Shown in pieces: positions 25,918 to 41,260 of a stretch of 64,000 nucleotides of DNA. Source of the stretch: the human T2T-CHM13v2.0 reference genome, Homo sapiens; assembly GCF_009914755.1 (NCBI RefSeq), contig NC_060927.1; one strand, 5' to 3'. Position 1 is the stretch's first letter, and each line of letters opens with the position of its first letter. The translations under genes were made by a program, and so were the position numbers. Below the pieces are notes generated by a model. That model searched no databases and was not told where the DNA came from. It worked only from the letters and a program-made list of their open reading frames with translations.

Positions 25918-27419
25918 GTTAATCACCTTTTCTTATTAGGAAAACAACGTGTTCCAGATGCTATTCAGTTTGTACCCACATTCCCTAGGAACTGTGGGTC
26001 TGGATCCAGTGCCATAAAAATGTGGTGAGAAGATGAAGCAGCCTGAACACTTTGACCACCCACTGAGAAAGCAGTCTTCTCTGGGCAAGTGTACAGTACA
26101 GCTTAGCTATAACTCCTCCATCTGACTCTGATTTTATAGTACATTTCCTAAAGACCCAGAAAAATCACAAAATGAATGAGTCAACAGTTCTTTCCTTGAC
26201 ACTCTAATTACTTGAGCAAGTTACCAGTTACTTCTGCATTAATTCTTACGACATTCCAGGACATCACATGACTAACTAGAACAAACATCCGAAGAGGGAC
26301 CAGCCCTAATACTAGCATTAACCATCAAAATGGGTTAGAGACTATGGAAACAGCTCTAATTTCTATCTATTCTAATTGGCTAGTAAATTGTAATAAAAAT
26401 AATAGTAGCATCTATTATTACTCTCATGTATTACTGACAATACTCTAAATAGGTACTAGGCCCTCTACATCTCATCTGAACAATGATGGCTCCATTACTA
26501 ATTTGAAGGGTTTTCTGGATTTGTGGAGACTTGTCCTATAGCTGTGATTGTATAACAAGGACATTATTTTTTCTTATTTTTGTTCAAAAAGCATTATCCA
26601 AAAATTGGAAATGAGGCAAAAAGTAGGGCAGCACATTTTTTCACTGTCTTCTGAGATTTGTCCAAGGAAATTTGGGGGAATGTACTTTGTCTAGACTTAA
26701 TAAAGATACATGTTACATCTTAACTCGCAGATTTTTCTCTGGTAAGAATACAAATAATTTGCGTCTGGTTGAAAAGATAGCATCAAAGGCTATGAATTTT
26801 TGCCTTGCAGAATGTTAACCAAATTTGTATCTATTAGCAAATTCATTTCATTCTTTTGAGTAATTGACTCTATACATATTCATTTCCAAATTCTCTCTTT
26901 GAACCTGCCTTACCATCTTGCTAGTTTTCTTATTACTGAGTTGAATAAAATATTTGACAGTATTCATTTTGTATTTGCATAAGAGTAATGTTCTTAACTT
27001 TTAAAAAAATATAACAGATGTGGTGGAGGCGGTGCCATTGCTGCTCTTGTTGGGATTAAGCAACTTCTGCTTGGGTTTATAGTCCTGCTGAATACCACTG
27101 AAAAGGCCCTGGATTCTTCTACAGCCCAGAATTGGCAGCAGCAGCTGTTGGGTACCATCAGAAGTAGAAAAATAATGTTTTTTCTCTTCCGCTCATCTTC
27201 CAAGTTATTAACAGAGCCACTGGAGCCTCCTCTTGAATACGGTAACCAGAAGTAAGTTGACAAGAGAGTATGGAAAATAAGGTTTGTAGACTTCTTGCTA
27301 ACTATAATATTAGAAAGAACATGGAAACATTAGAAAGGAATGAAGCAAATAATTGGCATGAGGAGGAAATGCAGATGAAAGAGGACACTAACAACATCCC
27401 TTTATAAAATCTATTTTGT

Positions 27420-27575
27420 GCATGTAATTATAAATCCCATTTTACAGAAAATATGGGCATAGAGAAGTTAAATAACTTGCCCACAATTACACAGCTGTCA
27501 TGTGGTAGAACTGGGATTTGGATGAAGGCTTCATTCTAAATATTGGCTGTTTACCCATCATGCTATATTGCCTCC
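27420..27575 (-). mobile_element. MIR
   Basis: 'cccattttacaga...agagaagttaaataacttgccca...gtggtagaactgggatttg'. Confidence 0.8.
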
Positions 27576-28369
27576 CCTATGAGGTGGGTGACAGGAGCTG
27601 GCAGTGCAATATGGCAGTAAGTATTAAGGAGACTAAACAGAGCTGATGGGAATCCAGGAACCAGCAATATTGGAAGCCTGAGCAAGCAGTTAGAAGTCTG
27701 TGGCTCCTAATATGTCACCATCCATCAGTTTGAAATTCCAATTCCAAACCTGGGAGTGAAGAGAAGTGAAAGGAAATAAATGAAATATAAGGCAAGTTAC
27801 TAGACAGAGGTTGAGGCACAGGAGAACAAGCCAAGAATCCTTTATTAGTTAGGCACAGATAAAGATTAGAAAAACATGAGTCTAGGTTAAAATATTTAGT
27901 TAATTAATTGAAGCCAATGCTGGGTATTTCAGGGGATATTATAATTGCATCTTAGTTTGATTTCTTTTCTTCCTGTCGTCATTCTGTAGTGATTAAGGAC
28001 AAGGTGAACTCAGACGAATGTTTGCCCTCTCAAAAGAATTGGAAGGTTTCTAATACAAGGAGAACTCTGAGAGAATGAGCTTACATAAAAATACAGGCTA
28101 ATGTCAGCATAGCCATGTTTAAATTCACTCTAGAATAGGAAAACATTTATCAATGAGATTTCTGATCACTTTTATGACTCACTCACTCATTGATTAATCT
28201 AAAAACATAAATTAACCACTAAATTAAATCCTGAGAATACAAAGATAAATCAAACTCACTTCTTGCTTTCAAAGTGCTTATGGTCCAGAAACTAGTCAAA
28301 TATGTAGGCAGTGATCTATAATGTAAAGCAAAATTAAATCAAATAAATAAGTAAAAAATTGTAGGACAA

Positions 28370-28672
28370 GGCCGGGTATGGTGGCTCATGCCTGTAATCC
28401 CATCACTTCAGGAGGCCAAAGTAGGTGGATTATTTGAGGTCAGGAGTTCAAGACCAGCCTGGGCAATGTAGAGAAACCCCGTCTCTACTAAAAATACAAA
28501 AATTAGCCAAGAGTGGTGGTGCACACCTGTAATCCCAGCTCCTTGGGAGACTGAGGCATGAGAATCACTTGAACTTGGGAGGCAGAGGCTTCAGTGAGCC
28601 AAGATTGTGCCACTGCACTCCAGCCTGGGCGACAGAGCAAGACCCTGTCTCAAAAAAAAAAAAAAAAAAAAA
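28370..28672 (+). mobile_element. Alu (old S / J boundary type)
   Basis: Full dimer ending 'gaccctgtctc' plus poly-A. Degenerate TSD gt(a/g)ggacaa. Confidence 0.94.
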
Positions 28673-29239
28673 GTGGGACAAGATTACATAATGTCTCAAA
28701 TTCTCACTGAAGGGTGAGAGGGGCTTGTGGAACAGATTCCTTTGTGGTGACTCCTTATTAAGGGATGATCATACTATTCATATGACTTGCATCTATTTTA
28801 AAAATTTTATAATATTTTGTGCACACTTATCTACATCCGTAAGTATGAATGTATCTCCCTAACAGTTTTTGCTTTTAAAATTTATATCAATTTTCAACAC
28901 CAACACGCACACACACACACTTACTTTTATAATTGAGCTTAACATATTTGGATGTACCCATGGGGTAAATTATGGAGTGGGCTGAAGTAGGGAAGGGGAT
29001 GAAAAGATGTCTTGAACTTTTTTCTTCATACATGATTATTTTGATTGATATTTTCAAGAAATTATGACATACCTTCATAATAATTGTCTTTATAAGTAAT
29101 ACCTCCTCCTTTCCCAGATCAATATGATTCTGGCAGCAGAATGTTGTAGGACTGATGACAGGAAATGTTGGCAAGCACGCTGTCTTGGAGCAATGGATTA
29201 TGGAACTTGAGCTAATTGTGTTGGGTCCTAAATGCTTGA

Positions 29240-29715
29240 GTACTCAAGAATCTTTTGGCGGAAAACAATTGGAAAGTGAATTTAATCTGGCCTAAGCATA
29301 AAGGGAACTTATCCAAATTAACTGAAAAGTCCAGGGGAGATGGCTTTTTCAGGCATAGCTGAATCCTGGTACTTAAAAACTACCACTAGAAATATTTCTC
29401 TCTCCATGTCTTGTGTCTACTTTTCTCTAGCTGGGCTTAATTTTCCAGCGTGAAAATGGACACTTCAGTCCCAAATTAACATCCTACTGGGATAGGAATC
29501 CCAGCAGAAAGAAGGCTTTTTATTCCACCAAATTCTAGCAAAAGTCCCAGAGCCAGCTCTCTTTGGCCTGACTTCATCCATACACCAATCTAAGGGTTGT
29601 GATGAGCCATGTCTGCCTAATTTCTCCACACCTGGAGTATCTTCCTCTGATATGGGAAAAGAACAAAAGTCTAAAGGACATGCTTAAGGCTGTTATCAGA
29701 AGGAAAATGGACTAT
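29240..29715 (-). mobile_element. Old MLT1 (J/K-like) LTR
   Basis: 'aactgaaaagtccagggg...ttcaggcatagctgaatcc' and 'gctgttatcagaagga..atgga'. Confidence 0.6.
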
Positions 29716-30722
29716 GGGTAAGAAAACAACAGAAATGTCATTGAGCTCATCCATTGTACATGTGAGACAAGGGGGCATGAAATCTTTTTTAAGGTCTTCA
29801 TCATGAATAAGAAATGAGAGAGTCCAGTTTACAATACACTACAGTGTGGTGAATGGTTGGCTTCCTGCATATGTGACAAAAAGATGACCTCAGAAGCCAC
29901 AGTAGATGATGAGTTATTTATAAGAAAATGCTGCTCTGGTTGTTTTTAAGATAATGAAAAAAATTCCATATTGCAAGATATGAATGCATATTCTCAGAAT
30001 AGCTAATTTCCTCACAAGGAGATCCTTCAGTGCTCGGAGAGTCATAAGAAGAAATGTTCTCACTTGTGTATGCAGATGCCCCAAAGACTGTCATTAGAGA
30101 ATGTAACTCTTTTTTTCTTTAAATTATAGTAATTAGAATGTGCTGTTTCCCATGAGCAGCAACCTACCTTCCCAGAATTGTGTCTACTTCTAGCTACCTC
30201 TTTTGCTTATTCATTCTCCTTCCCCATTCTCCTATTATTGATTCACTAACTGACATTATTTTTGCTATACAGTACAATGCAGGCACTTGCTAAGCAAGTA
30301 TATGTTTCCATTTGTCATCTGCCTCTTAGTTCACATCTCCATCACCCTCGTTTCAGTTTTGAATGACTTTCTTCTCTCTTTCTTAATGTTGGTTTCAGCA
30401 CTGGAAGCAGCTTTGTTACAGGGGGCTAAGAACTGTGTGTCTGCCAAAGCATTTCTCATAAGTGGTTGCTCCAGAAACAAGTCTGAAAGATTGTAAACAA
30501 CAACAACAACAACACAAAAACAAAATCCGCCGCAATCTGTGGGATAGAATCTGAGCTCATCCACTGCCTCATCATCTCCCCACCCACTGCCAGCACGACT
30601 ACACCATCAGATACTGATTATGGTTCATTAAGAGTTGGCATATTTTTACTCATTATACCACTCATTACAGTTTAGAATATATAAAATACTATCCACTGCC
30701 TAAAGTTACTGTAGGGAAATAA

Positions 30723-31148
<426 letters not shown>

Positions 31149-31330
31149 TAATGTAACTAACTATGGTTCTATGAGTTCACACGAAAATCTAGCTTGACTT
31201 TTTTCCTCAGTGAATATCTATAACAGCCTCTTGCCACACTTAAGGTGTTATGGTTTTCAGGAAAATAAATCATAGAATGTTTGCTGGAGTATCATTGATA
31301 ATTAGAAATAAAATAAATTTATCAATGTAA

Positions 31331-31658
<328 letters not shown>

Positions 31659-32170
31659 GTGTCTTTCATTTTTAACCATATTTCTACTTGATGTATTGTA
31701 AAATACTCTAATGTTTATTAATGTTCCTTGTCATTAGTTATAAATGGCAAGTGGATATCATCCAGCATTTTGTTTGCTGGTATATTTTGACCTCAGTTCT
31801 CATTCCAGCTTTGCTTTTACCAGATGGCTAGTTTTGGGCAAGTACTAACCTCTTGACGCTTCAGTTTGTCATGTGGAAAAAAAAAAAAAAAGTAGCTACT
31901 AATATTTACTCAGCATATGTGCAGGACTGTTCTGAAGATTTATCATGGGAATGCAGATTAAAAAGGTTTTGTGAAGTTATAAACTACATATAACTATTTT
32001 AAATTATAAATACGTATAAAATATGGCTTGACTCCAGACCATAAGTTCCTAGGGAAAAGCACTTGGTCTAGTTTGTTCATCACAGTGCCTCATACAATAT
32101 ACTTATTTCTCTCAATAAATATTTGTAAATGAATTGATGATTTTCCTGGTCTACTTAGGAGTAGGCTAGG

Positions 32171-32612
32171 GTTAAGGGTTGAATTGTGTTCCCCAGAAAG
32201 AGATATTGAAATCCTAAATCCTGGCACCTCAAGACCCTGGAAATAGGGTCTTTGTAGATGTAATGAAGCTAAAATAAGGTCATACTGGATTAGAGAAGGT
32301 CCTAATTTAATGACTAGGGTCCTTATCAGAAGATTAATATTTAGACCTAGAGACAGAGAGAAGGCTATGTGAAGATAGAGGCAGAGATTGAAGCAATGAG
32401 TCTATGAGCCAAAGAACACCAAGGATTGCTAGCCACCATTGGAAGTGAGAAGAGTGAAGGAAGGATTCTCCCCAGAGCCATTAGAAAGAGCACGACCCTG
32501 CCAACACTTGATTTAAGACTTCTAGCATCCAGTACCGTGAGAGATTAAATTTCTGTTGTTTTAAGCCACTAACTTGTGGCAAATTGTTATTGGAACCCTT
32601 AGGAAGGTAACA
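32171..32612 (+). mobile_element. MLT1C-like LTR
   Basis: 'gggttgaattgtgttcccc...ggaaatagggtctttgtagatg...gaggcagagattg...aaatttctgttgttttaagccac'. Confidence 0.85.
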
Positions 32613-34271
32613 TAGCAAGGGCCCCAAACAATGTGGTACATGTCTATGATAATGTAGGGGATCAGTATTTGATCTCAGTCTTTACACTCAGGCTTTTTAT
32701 TTCAGAGAAAATTCGATTTACCTTGACTTAATATGAATGAATGAAAAAAATTAACTCTATTTAATAACAGAGATGCTTTTATCATCATAAAGGAAAATAA
32801 CAATATCTATTAAGCATCATTTGCAATTAGTCCGTCTTAGACAATACAATTTTAAGCCCACATAACTGCCTGAATCATCTCGTTTTCTGCCAATCACTTT
32901 CACTGAAACCATTTCTCAACATACACTCCTTAAATGACAGTAGGCCAATAACTTTATATAATTCTCAAAAGATAAATTGTTGATCATTGCACAAGTCATG
33001 TTTTCAGATACCTTCTCTTTTTAAAAATAAATATTCTTATTTTCCCTATGGAACTTTCCAGCTACCGTCTGTCATTTTCATAACTTGGATAGTTAACAAC
33101 TGCTTACTTGTAGAAGTTAAACTTGATAAGCCAACAAACTATGGTGTAACTCTGTCCCCAAATACTTAGTGAGCACATAGGGATTTGAAGACTGAATTTG
33201 CCTTCTAAGAGAGTTTACCTTTGGACCACAGATTTTGTAGGGCAATATAATTGGTACATTCATGTTGTGGACATTATTAATCAGAAATGATGGAATTTGA
33301 TTGTTAAGACAGCTTTAAGTTCCATATCAATTTTGCTATCATCATTGAGATACAGCCTTTCATCTTTTTTCAATGCTAAAATGGTACTAGTGATTCACAA
33401 ATCACACTTATCAGGTACTCCTAACTTTTCAATTCAGTCTTTCAAATAGAAGCACATACTTTACATTAGAAAATCCCAACTGACAGTTTTTTCTTTGCAA
33501 AGGTACTTATGAACTATTATACAAGCATAAAAAGTTCTCCATAGGTGTATCCATAGAATAGAATTTAGAGAAACTTCTATCTGGGTATCCAATTAATATT
33601 CAAGAACATTTCAAATATGCCAAAATTTTTCATGAATTATGCATTGTTTTAGTTTTCTATAATCTCCTTACTTTCTTTGAAATATGAACTTTAAATCTTG
33701 CCCTGATTCCTTTAGTTTTTGATATGGCATTTTTATTTGAATCATTTTTGAGTTCTAGCTTTTTCCAAAAAATAAAGTATGATGATTTGCTAAAATTAGA
33801 ATGAAGCTTTTAAAAAGTCTAAAACTGCCTTAAGTCACACAAAGTTGTTTTTGATGTTTTTCTTTATGCATGTAAGTTCTAATATCATGTGATGGCATTT
33901 TATTTTTTTGAACAGGATTGTCATAAGTCTGAAGAATATATTAGGTTTTATTTTGTAAAACTCTTTTGCTCAGAAAAGCAATAATCTCCAGGCCAATATC
34001 CAGGTTGACCCACATCAACTCCTCCACTGAAAATATAGCATATTATTATATTTTTGTCCCAACAAACATCAAATAATGGTAAGGCTTTCTTTTTATTTTT
34101 CATGTTATTTTGGAATCATTTGTTTACCTATGCCTGTAATCCTACCTAGGCAGTATATTTATGCAAGATATTACAATAAAAAGGAGGCAAGGACAATGTC
34201 AGATGGGGTTAGAGGATAATTTTATAATTTATTAATATATGAATGTTTCTTATTATAAAAAATTGTGTTAA

Positions 34272-34645
<374 letters not shown>

Positions 34646-35517
34646 AGAATTATTTTTAAAAATATGTTTGGGAATCTATTTGAAAAGCATCTCCAATGTA
34701 ATAAGTTTTACATTTTGTTTTATCTAATCAATGCTGAAATAAATGAACCTCTGCTTCATTCCTTCATTTTTGAAATTGTATCAACATATCAAAGAAATGA
34801 AAGATATTTTGATTAAACTATTACCCTGACTAGAAAAGATAATATTCCTGATACATTTTTCAAAAAATCATTAGAGTTTAGCAAACCGGATTTTTAAAAA
34901 TTATAGACTTGGATATAGAAAAAAAAACTCATTTGATCTCAAGGGTAATTGTGAGAAATATGCAGATGTATTTTTAAAGACCTTTTTGTTTTGTTTATAA
35001 GAGATTTTTCATTAAATCTCTTAAATCCTTAAGTCACCTGTTTTACCAGTTCTATTGCTTTCCTACAGAATGTCACTACTTATTCAAACTTTACTTACAG
35101 GCAAAAAAGCATAGTAAAACCAAGCCAAAATCTATCTCACCTATTTCCTAAATGTCAACCAAATCTTACAAGTATACACTCCCGGTAAGAGGTAAAGGAG
35201 TATTCTCCTTCCATATCTTTTCCCACCTCTCCATTCTGGCTGACCCTATGTTAAGATCCATTTCCTCCCATTTTCTCCTTGGTGTTCCTCTTGGCTGTTA
35301 CTTTGCCCCATTTTGACCCTTTCTCATCTTTATAGATGAAGATTTCCAGACTGAGAGAGGTTTAAGCAACCTACTCAAAGTTATAAAATTAGTAAGTGTT
35401 GACATCATTCTGTGTGACACCAAAACTTTTACTCTTTCTACTATTTCAAAGACTTCTCCAGCGAGAGTGATTTCACTTACCCTTGTGTGTTGGATACCAA
35501 AAATAAGTACAACAGAG

Positions 35518-35668
35518 CAGTGCCTCTCAAACTTTAACGTGTATACAAATGACCTAGGAATCTTGTTAAATCAGATTCTGATCAGGAGGCCTAGGGTGGA
35601 GCCTGAGATCCTGTATTTCTAAAGAGCTTCCAGTTCCCAATGAGGCTGCCATACTTTCAGTAGCAAGG
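35518..35668. mobile_element. MER5A (hAT-Charlie MITE)
   Basis: 'cagtgcctctcaaacttt...cttgttaaa.cagattctga...gcctgagat.ctgtatttcta...actttcagtagca'. Confidence 0.8.
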
Positions 35669-36149
35669 CCTTACAAAACCTAGCAGAGGTTGGATATGGT
35701 TTTTAAATCTACTATTTAATTTTATTCACTAGTTTCCCTATAAACACTGCAGCTTTTAGTGAATGTTATTTCTTCTTGAATATATTTAAATGATGATCAC
35801 AATAAATCTAATATTGCCCATTTATTATTACAGTAAAACAAATGAGACTGAAATAAAGAAATTAATATTCAAGAGTATTAACTCATCTGCCAGTTCATTG
35901 CAGTGGAGCTGGTGGAGCCATCATTAATAAATGAGTTGAAGGAGACAGTGGGGACCCAGCAGACAATTTTGAACATGTGCTGTCACAAAGAATATAATGA
36001 GCAGCAAGGGAATAACTTGGATAGTTACTGAAGGAGATGCAAATCACTATAGGGCAGATTGGAGAGCAAGTATGAAAGTAGGAAAATGGTTGTGTTCTCG
36101 AAGAAGCATGGAGTTGGGGCAGGTGGCAGCAGGTAAGAATGGGGAACAT

Positions 36150-36345
36150 ACCTTCAAGAACTAGACAAACCTAAGTTGGAATCTTAGCTTTGCCACTCAT
36201 ACTGGACATAAGACTTTGAGCAAATCTCTTATCATCACTGAACTTTGTTTTCTAAGCAGCAAACATCTACTTTTCAGTGTTATTGTTAAGATTAACAGAA
36301 TAATAGATGTAAAAGAACCCGACACATAATAGCCAAGCCATGAAT
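36150..36345 (+). mobile_element. MIR
   Basis: 'agacaaacct..gttggaatcttagctttgccact...actttgagcaaat'. Confidence 0.7.
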
Positions 36346-37793
36346 TGATGTGTCTTTTGCTATGTCTGCCTGAACGTGATATGCTACATGCAGATTTTAG
36401 GCACATATCTTTCCTTGAGGGTTTTTTTTTCTCCCAGATTTTTCTTTCTTGCCCCCTCTCTGGAGTTTTTGTCTAATTGTCCTCAGCACCAAATAGTTTC
36501 AAAGAATGGGATGCTGAACAATTAATCCAATCCTAGAAAGCATGCTCAGCTGGTATCTGGGTCAGTCAACACCACACTTACATTTGCACATATGTTATGG
36601 TACCATGGATTGTAAATATTTTACTAATTATTCCAGTTGGGACTGGGTCCATCCCTATAGTCATGAAATCATGTCTGCTTGGTTCAGTCAGAAAGCATTA
36701 CTTGACATACTTGTGTGAAATAAATTTTGCATGTGTTTACAGTGCAGAGAGAAACCAAGAACTTTAAATAATGAGCAATTGAAATTCTGAAAACGATGAG
36801 TTCCATCATTTTTAAAGCATATCCTGTAATGAATTTCTGTTAGCATATGATACTTAGATCTATATTTTTACTTAGCATGAATAAGTTTTCTTGGCACCAA
36901 TCTCCTTTTTCTCAAATCTATGAGAACTGAAGTTAGTCCTTCAGCGCTATTTTGGATGCCATTTTAACTGATGAGCAATGGGGCTTGAAGAGGAGGGTGG
37001 AGGTAGGAAGCTGGATCTAGGGATCACTAGTATGCTCACCAAAACAACAAAGTGATTTGAGTTTCCCTATCCAGAGATGGGAAATTTGGGGGAATAATGG
37101 GAATGTTTTATAGCCACTGGATTAAGAAGGATGGAGAGAAATGACTTTTCTGGGAAGATATGTCCAGCTACATTATGGAGACAGTACTAAAATTTTTTAG
37201 AGCTTGTTGTCTGTGAGTAAAGCAGGCACTTCTGGATGTCCAAGAGCCTAGGAAATATAATGTCACTAAATGAATTTCCCACCTCGAATTCACAGATTTA
37301 TCCACTTCCTTTGTATCTATCTTTCCCTATCTTTCTTTGCCTTCATCCTTATCTAGCTGAGATTCCACAACTCAGTATCGTGATTCCCTTTCCCCTCTCC
37401 TCTCCAATCACCCTCTCTGACAAAACCGCATTGTGAATGAACCCACTACACATCTTTGCTGAGACTTTACCACGGCAGCTAAGTGGGTGGCAGAGAAGAA
37501 CTACATCCCCCAGGCAGACTTACATTGTTCCCTTGCTTCAACCAAGCCTTTGACATTGCTCAGAAATCTATTTTTTCAGTAAGTTTTATCTTCATCATTA
37601 GTAACTAACAGCTTACACTTTCTTTATTCTTCTCTGACTTCCCCTCCCCTCTTCCCACCATTGCCATTACCTGCTCTGGACATTGGCTAAGACATTTTAG
37701 AGAAAACAGAGGTTGTCTAATCTTTCTACTTTGACACCAAATCTGCAATGCGCTTCGCATCTCATTTCCAACCCTTTTTTTGTAGATGGCCTT

Positions 37794-38178
37794 TGTAATA
37801 AACAGAATTTTGTCTTCCCAAATTCATATGTTGAAGTTCTAACCCCCAGTATCTCAGACTTTATTTAAAAATAGAGGCATTAAAGTGGCAACTAAGGTAA
37901 AATTAGGTCATATGAGTGGGTCTTAATCCAATATTACTGGTGACCTTATAAGAAGAAGAGATTAGAACAAAGATAATACTTAGGCTGAAGGAAAAACAAG
38001 TGAGGTCGCAGTGTGAAGGTGGCCACCTGCAAGATAAGAAGTGGGGCCTCAGAAAAATCCAAACCTACTAATAGCTTGATCTTGGACTTCTAGCCTCCAG
38101 AGCTATGAGAAAAAAGTTCTGTTGTTTAAGCCATTCAGTCTGTGGTATTTTGTTATGACAGTTCTAGCATACTAATAT
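37794..38178 (+). mobile_element. MLT1B-like LTR
   Basis: 'aaattcatatgttgaagttctaacccccag...cttggacttctagcctccag...tgtggtattttgttatg..actaata'. Confidence 0.85.
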
Positions 38179-38345
38179 TGTCTCATTCAAGACCCATCTT
38201 AATTTTGTTTCTTTCTCAGAGAGAAAAGACATCCCAATCAAAATTAAGCTTATTATATTTTGTATGTTCTATATTTTTCTTCACATTATTCATCACTAGT
38301 GGCAATACTATATTTATTTGTTTATTGTCTCTCTCTAGATTTTAA

Positions 38346-38735
<390 letters not shown>

Positions 38736-39264
38736 CTGCCCCATGTATATTTGATATAAAAATTGGCATTTTATTAGCGCTGTGTAAAGTTTTATGCAAA
38801 ACGAGATTCAAGACAAGTTTCCTGCCCTCCTTTCAACCAGATTTTACCTCTAAGCCTCTTTTACATAGAAGTTATAAAGCTGATTCTCACTGGGCCAATG
38901 TGTGTGAGTCACTGCTGTATTCCTAGTACCTAACACTATTTCCTGTACATAGCATTGGATAAATAGATTTTTCTGGAAGAAATGAAGGAAGAAAGGAAGA
39001 AGGGAAGAAAGGGGAAGAAGTTGAGACCGTAAGGAAAAACAATTACCTGCCATAGATATGTCTCAGATATAGCTGATTGTGAGGTGAGTAGACAACTTTC
39101 CACTCAGTGGGTTTTAACTTGGGTCTGTGGATGTGAGTCACAGTGAGTCTATTAAATTTCTTGTGATCATGGATTAACTAAGAGGCCTGGAGGCTCATTA
39201 GGTAACTAATTTTACTTTAGTTACCACTTTAAAGCCTCTATCTCCAACTGATTTGCTTTTGACC

Positions 39265-39730
39265 TCTGGACATATTTGGTTAACCATTATTCTAGGTGTC
39301 TATGAGAGTATTTATGGATGAGATTAATATTTGAATTGGTAGACTGAGTAAAGCAGGTGGCCCTCCTCAATTTGGGTGGGCCTCATCTAATCCATTGAAG
39401 GCTTGAATAAAACAAAACATGGAGTAAGAGAAAATTTGCTTTTCCTACCTGTCTTCAAGCTGAGGCATCAGTCTTCTCCTGCCTTCAGACTTGGACTCAG
39501 GCTGGAACTTACACCATTAGCTGTCCTGGGTCTCAGGCCTTTGTACTCAAACTGGAAAGGGAACTATACCATCATCTCCCCTTGGTCTCCAGATTGTCAA
39601 GTGTAGATGCTAGGACTTCTCAGCCTGCATAACCACACGAGCCAGTTCCTTATAATAAATGTCTCTATCTCTCTACACACATACACCCCTCATATTGGTT
39701 TTGTTTCTCTGGACAACCCAGACTAATACA
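39265..39730 (+). mobile_element. MLT2 (ERVL) LTR
   Basis: 'atatttggttaaccattattctaggtg...gtagactgagtaaagcag...tgtttctctggacaacccagactaataca'. Confidence 0.88.
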
Positions 39731-40939
39731 GGCACCTAGGACATATTATATTTGTGGATTCTTAAAGGTCAAAGAGAACTTAGAAACTATTTTAAACCTA
39801 AAGCCAATTATTACCCCATGAATAGCCATCTGAGTGAATTCCTACAATTTGAGACAGATTGTATAAGAACAGTGCTTGCCAATGCAACAAAAGTACTTGA
39901 AAACTTTATGTAGAATGTTCCATATATGCATTTCCATATATGCATCTTTACATTTATCCGTAGAAAGGCTAGGTTTTCATCTGTATTTTTTAAACTTTTT
40001 TTTAACGGAAAATGTAAAACATACACAAATGTAGAGAGAACAGTATTATAAAGCCCATGTACCCTTCACTCAGCTTCAACAATTAATTTATGACCAATCT
40101 TACTTAATCTTCACCACCCCCTATTATTTTGAAACAATTCCCAGACAACATATTGTTTTATGAATAAATGCCAAACAACTAATTTACAAATGCATTTTTA
40201 GAACAGAACCCTCTGCTGATTTGAAGATTGCCTGTATTTCCACCTCATTTTCAATAATGGATTTATTAATTTTCCACTCTCTTTCTTATGGACATTCTTC
40301 TGTATACGGGAAAGAAATTAATCACCCTGCCTACTACTTAGCTGCATTTTTCTATTTATGTAGACTATTCTGAATAGTGGGCGAAATTTTGGTTCTGTTA
40401 TTAATTATGTGACTCTGGGCAAGATTTTAGCTCTCTGTGTCTCAGTTGCTTCATCTGTAAAATGAGAAAATATTTGAGGATTTTTTTCCTGGCAGTCAAC
40501 AAGCTAGCAACTATTATTACTATTATTATTATTTAATGTGGGAGCTGGAGCTAGAATAAGTGGGTGAAAGTAATGACTTATCTGTAATTCTTGTAGTAAC
40601 ATCAACAGCTGCATGCTTAGCAGGTGCTCAGAAAATGCCACTAAGAAGCAAAGAAGTCATCCTTTCCTCTTTCCATCTAGAGAATGCCAGGTGTCCTCAT
40701 GTGCCCTTGTAATAGCTTTCTCCAGTGTCAAGGGGATAACGGGTCAGACTGATCCCCTCTCTAATGGCATGCAGTTAGAGTCTCGGCTTACGTCTGCTGA
40801 TAAATTATGAAGCAAGCCAACAGATCCTGCCTGCAGTCAATTATCCAAGGTCCATGAGTCTCAATCTTCAAAGGGGCCCTCAATAGGGACTATGTAGCAG
40901 CAGAAATGAGAGCAAATGGAGAAGTAAAGAAAAAACAAT

Positions 40940-41260
40940 TCCATCTGTCAAACTGATGATGGATGCTGTCCAAACCTGTGAACAAAACCTGAAGTGCTAA
41001 TTCTATGCGCTGCTGATGCCTTTAATTATGCGACTTTGACAGATGGAAAGATCATTATGCAGTTTTTATTTAAGAAGCTCATGCAACTGTAGTTTTTGTG
41101 CCAAGGGTAACCAGTCACATTAAGGAATTTGCCAGAAAGTGTAACTCTACCTTATTTATAGCTTACTAGGTCCTAATTATGCTTCCTAAATGGACAGTCC
41201 AATAATAAGGCAAACACAAAATATACGTACTGCAAATTACTACACAGTAGTGACATGTCA
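40940..41260. promoter_or_regulatory. Candidate developmental enhancer (MEIS/PBX-HOX/E-box motif cluster)
   Basis: Non-repetitive sequence with two inverted TGACAGATGG sites, TGATGGAT, TAATTA motifs and a TGACATGTCA palindrome. Motif evidence only. Confidence 0.35.
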
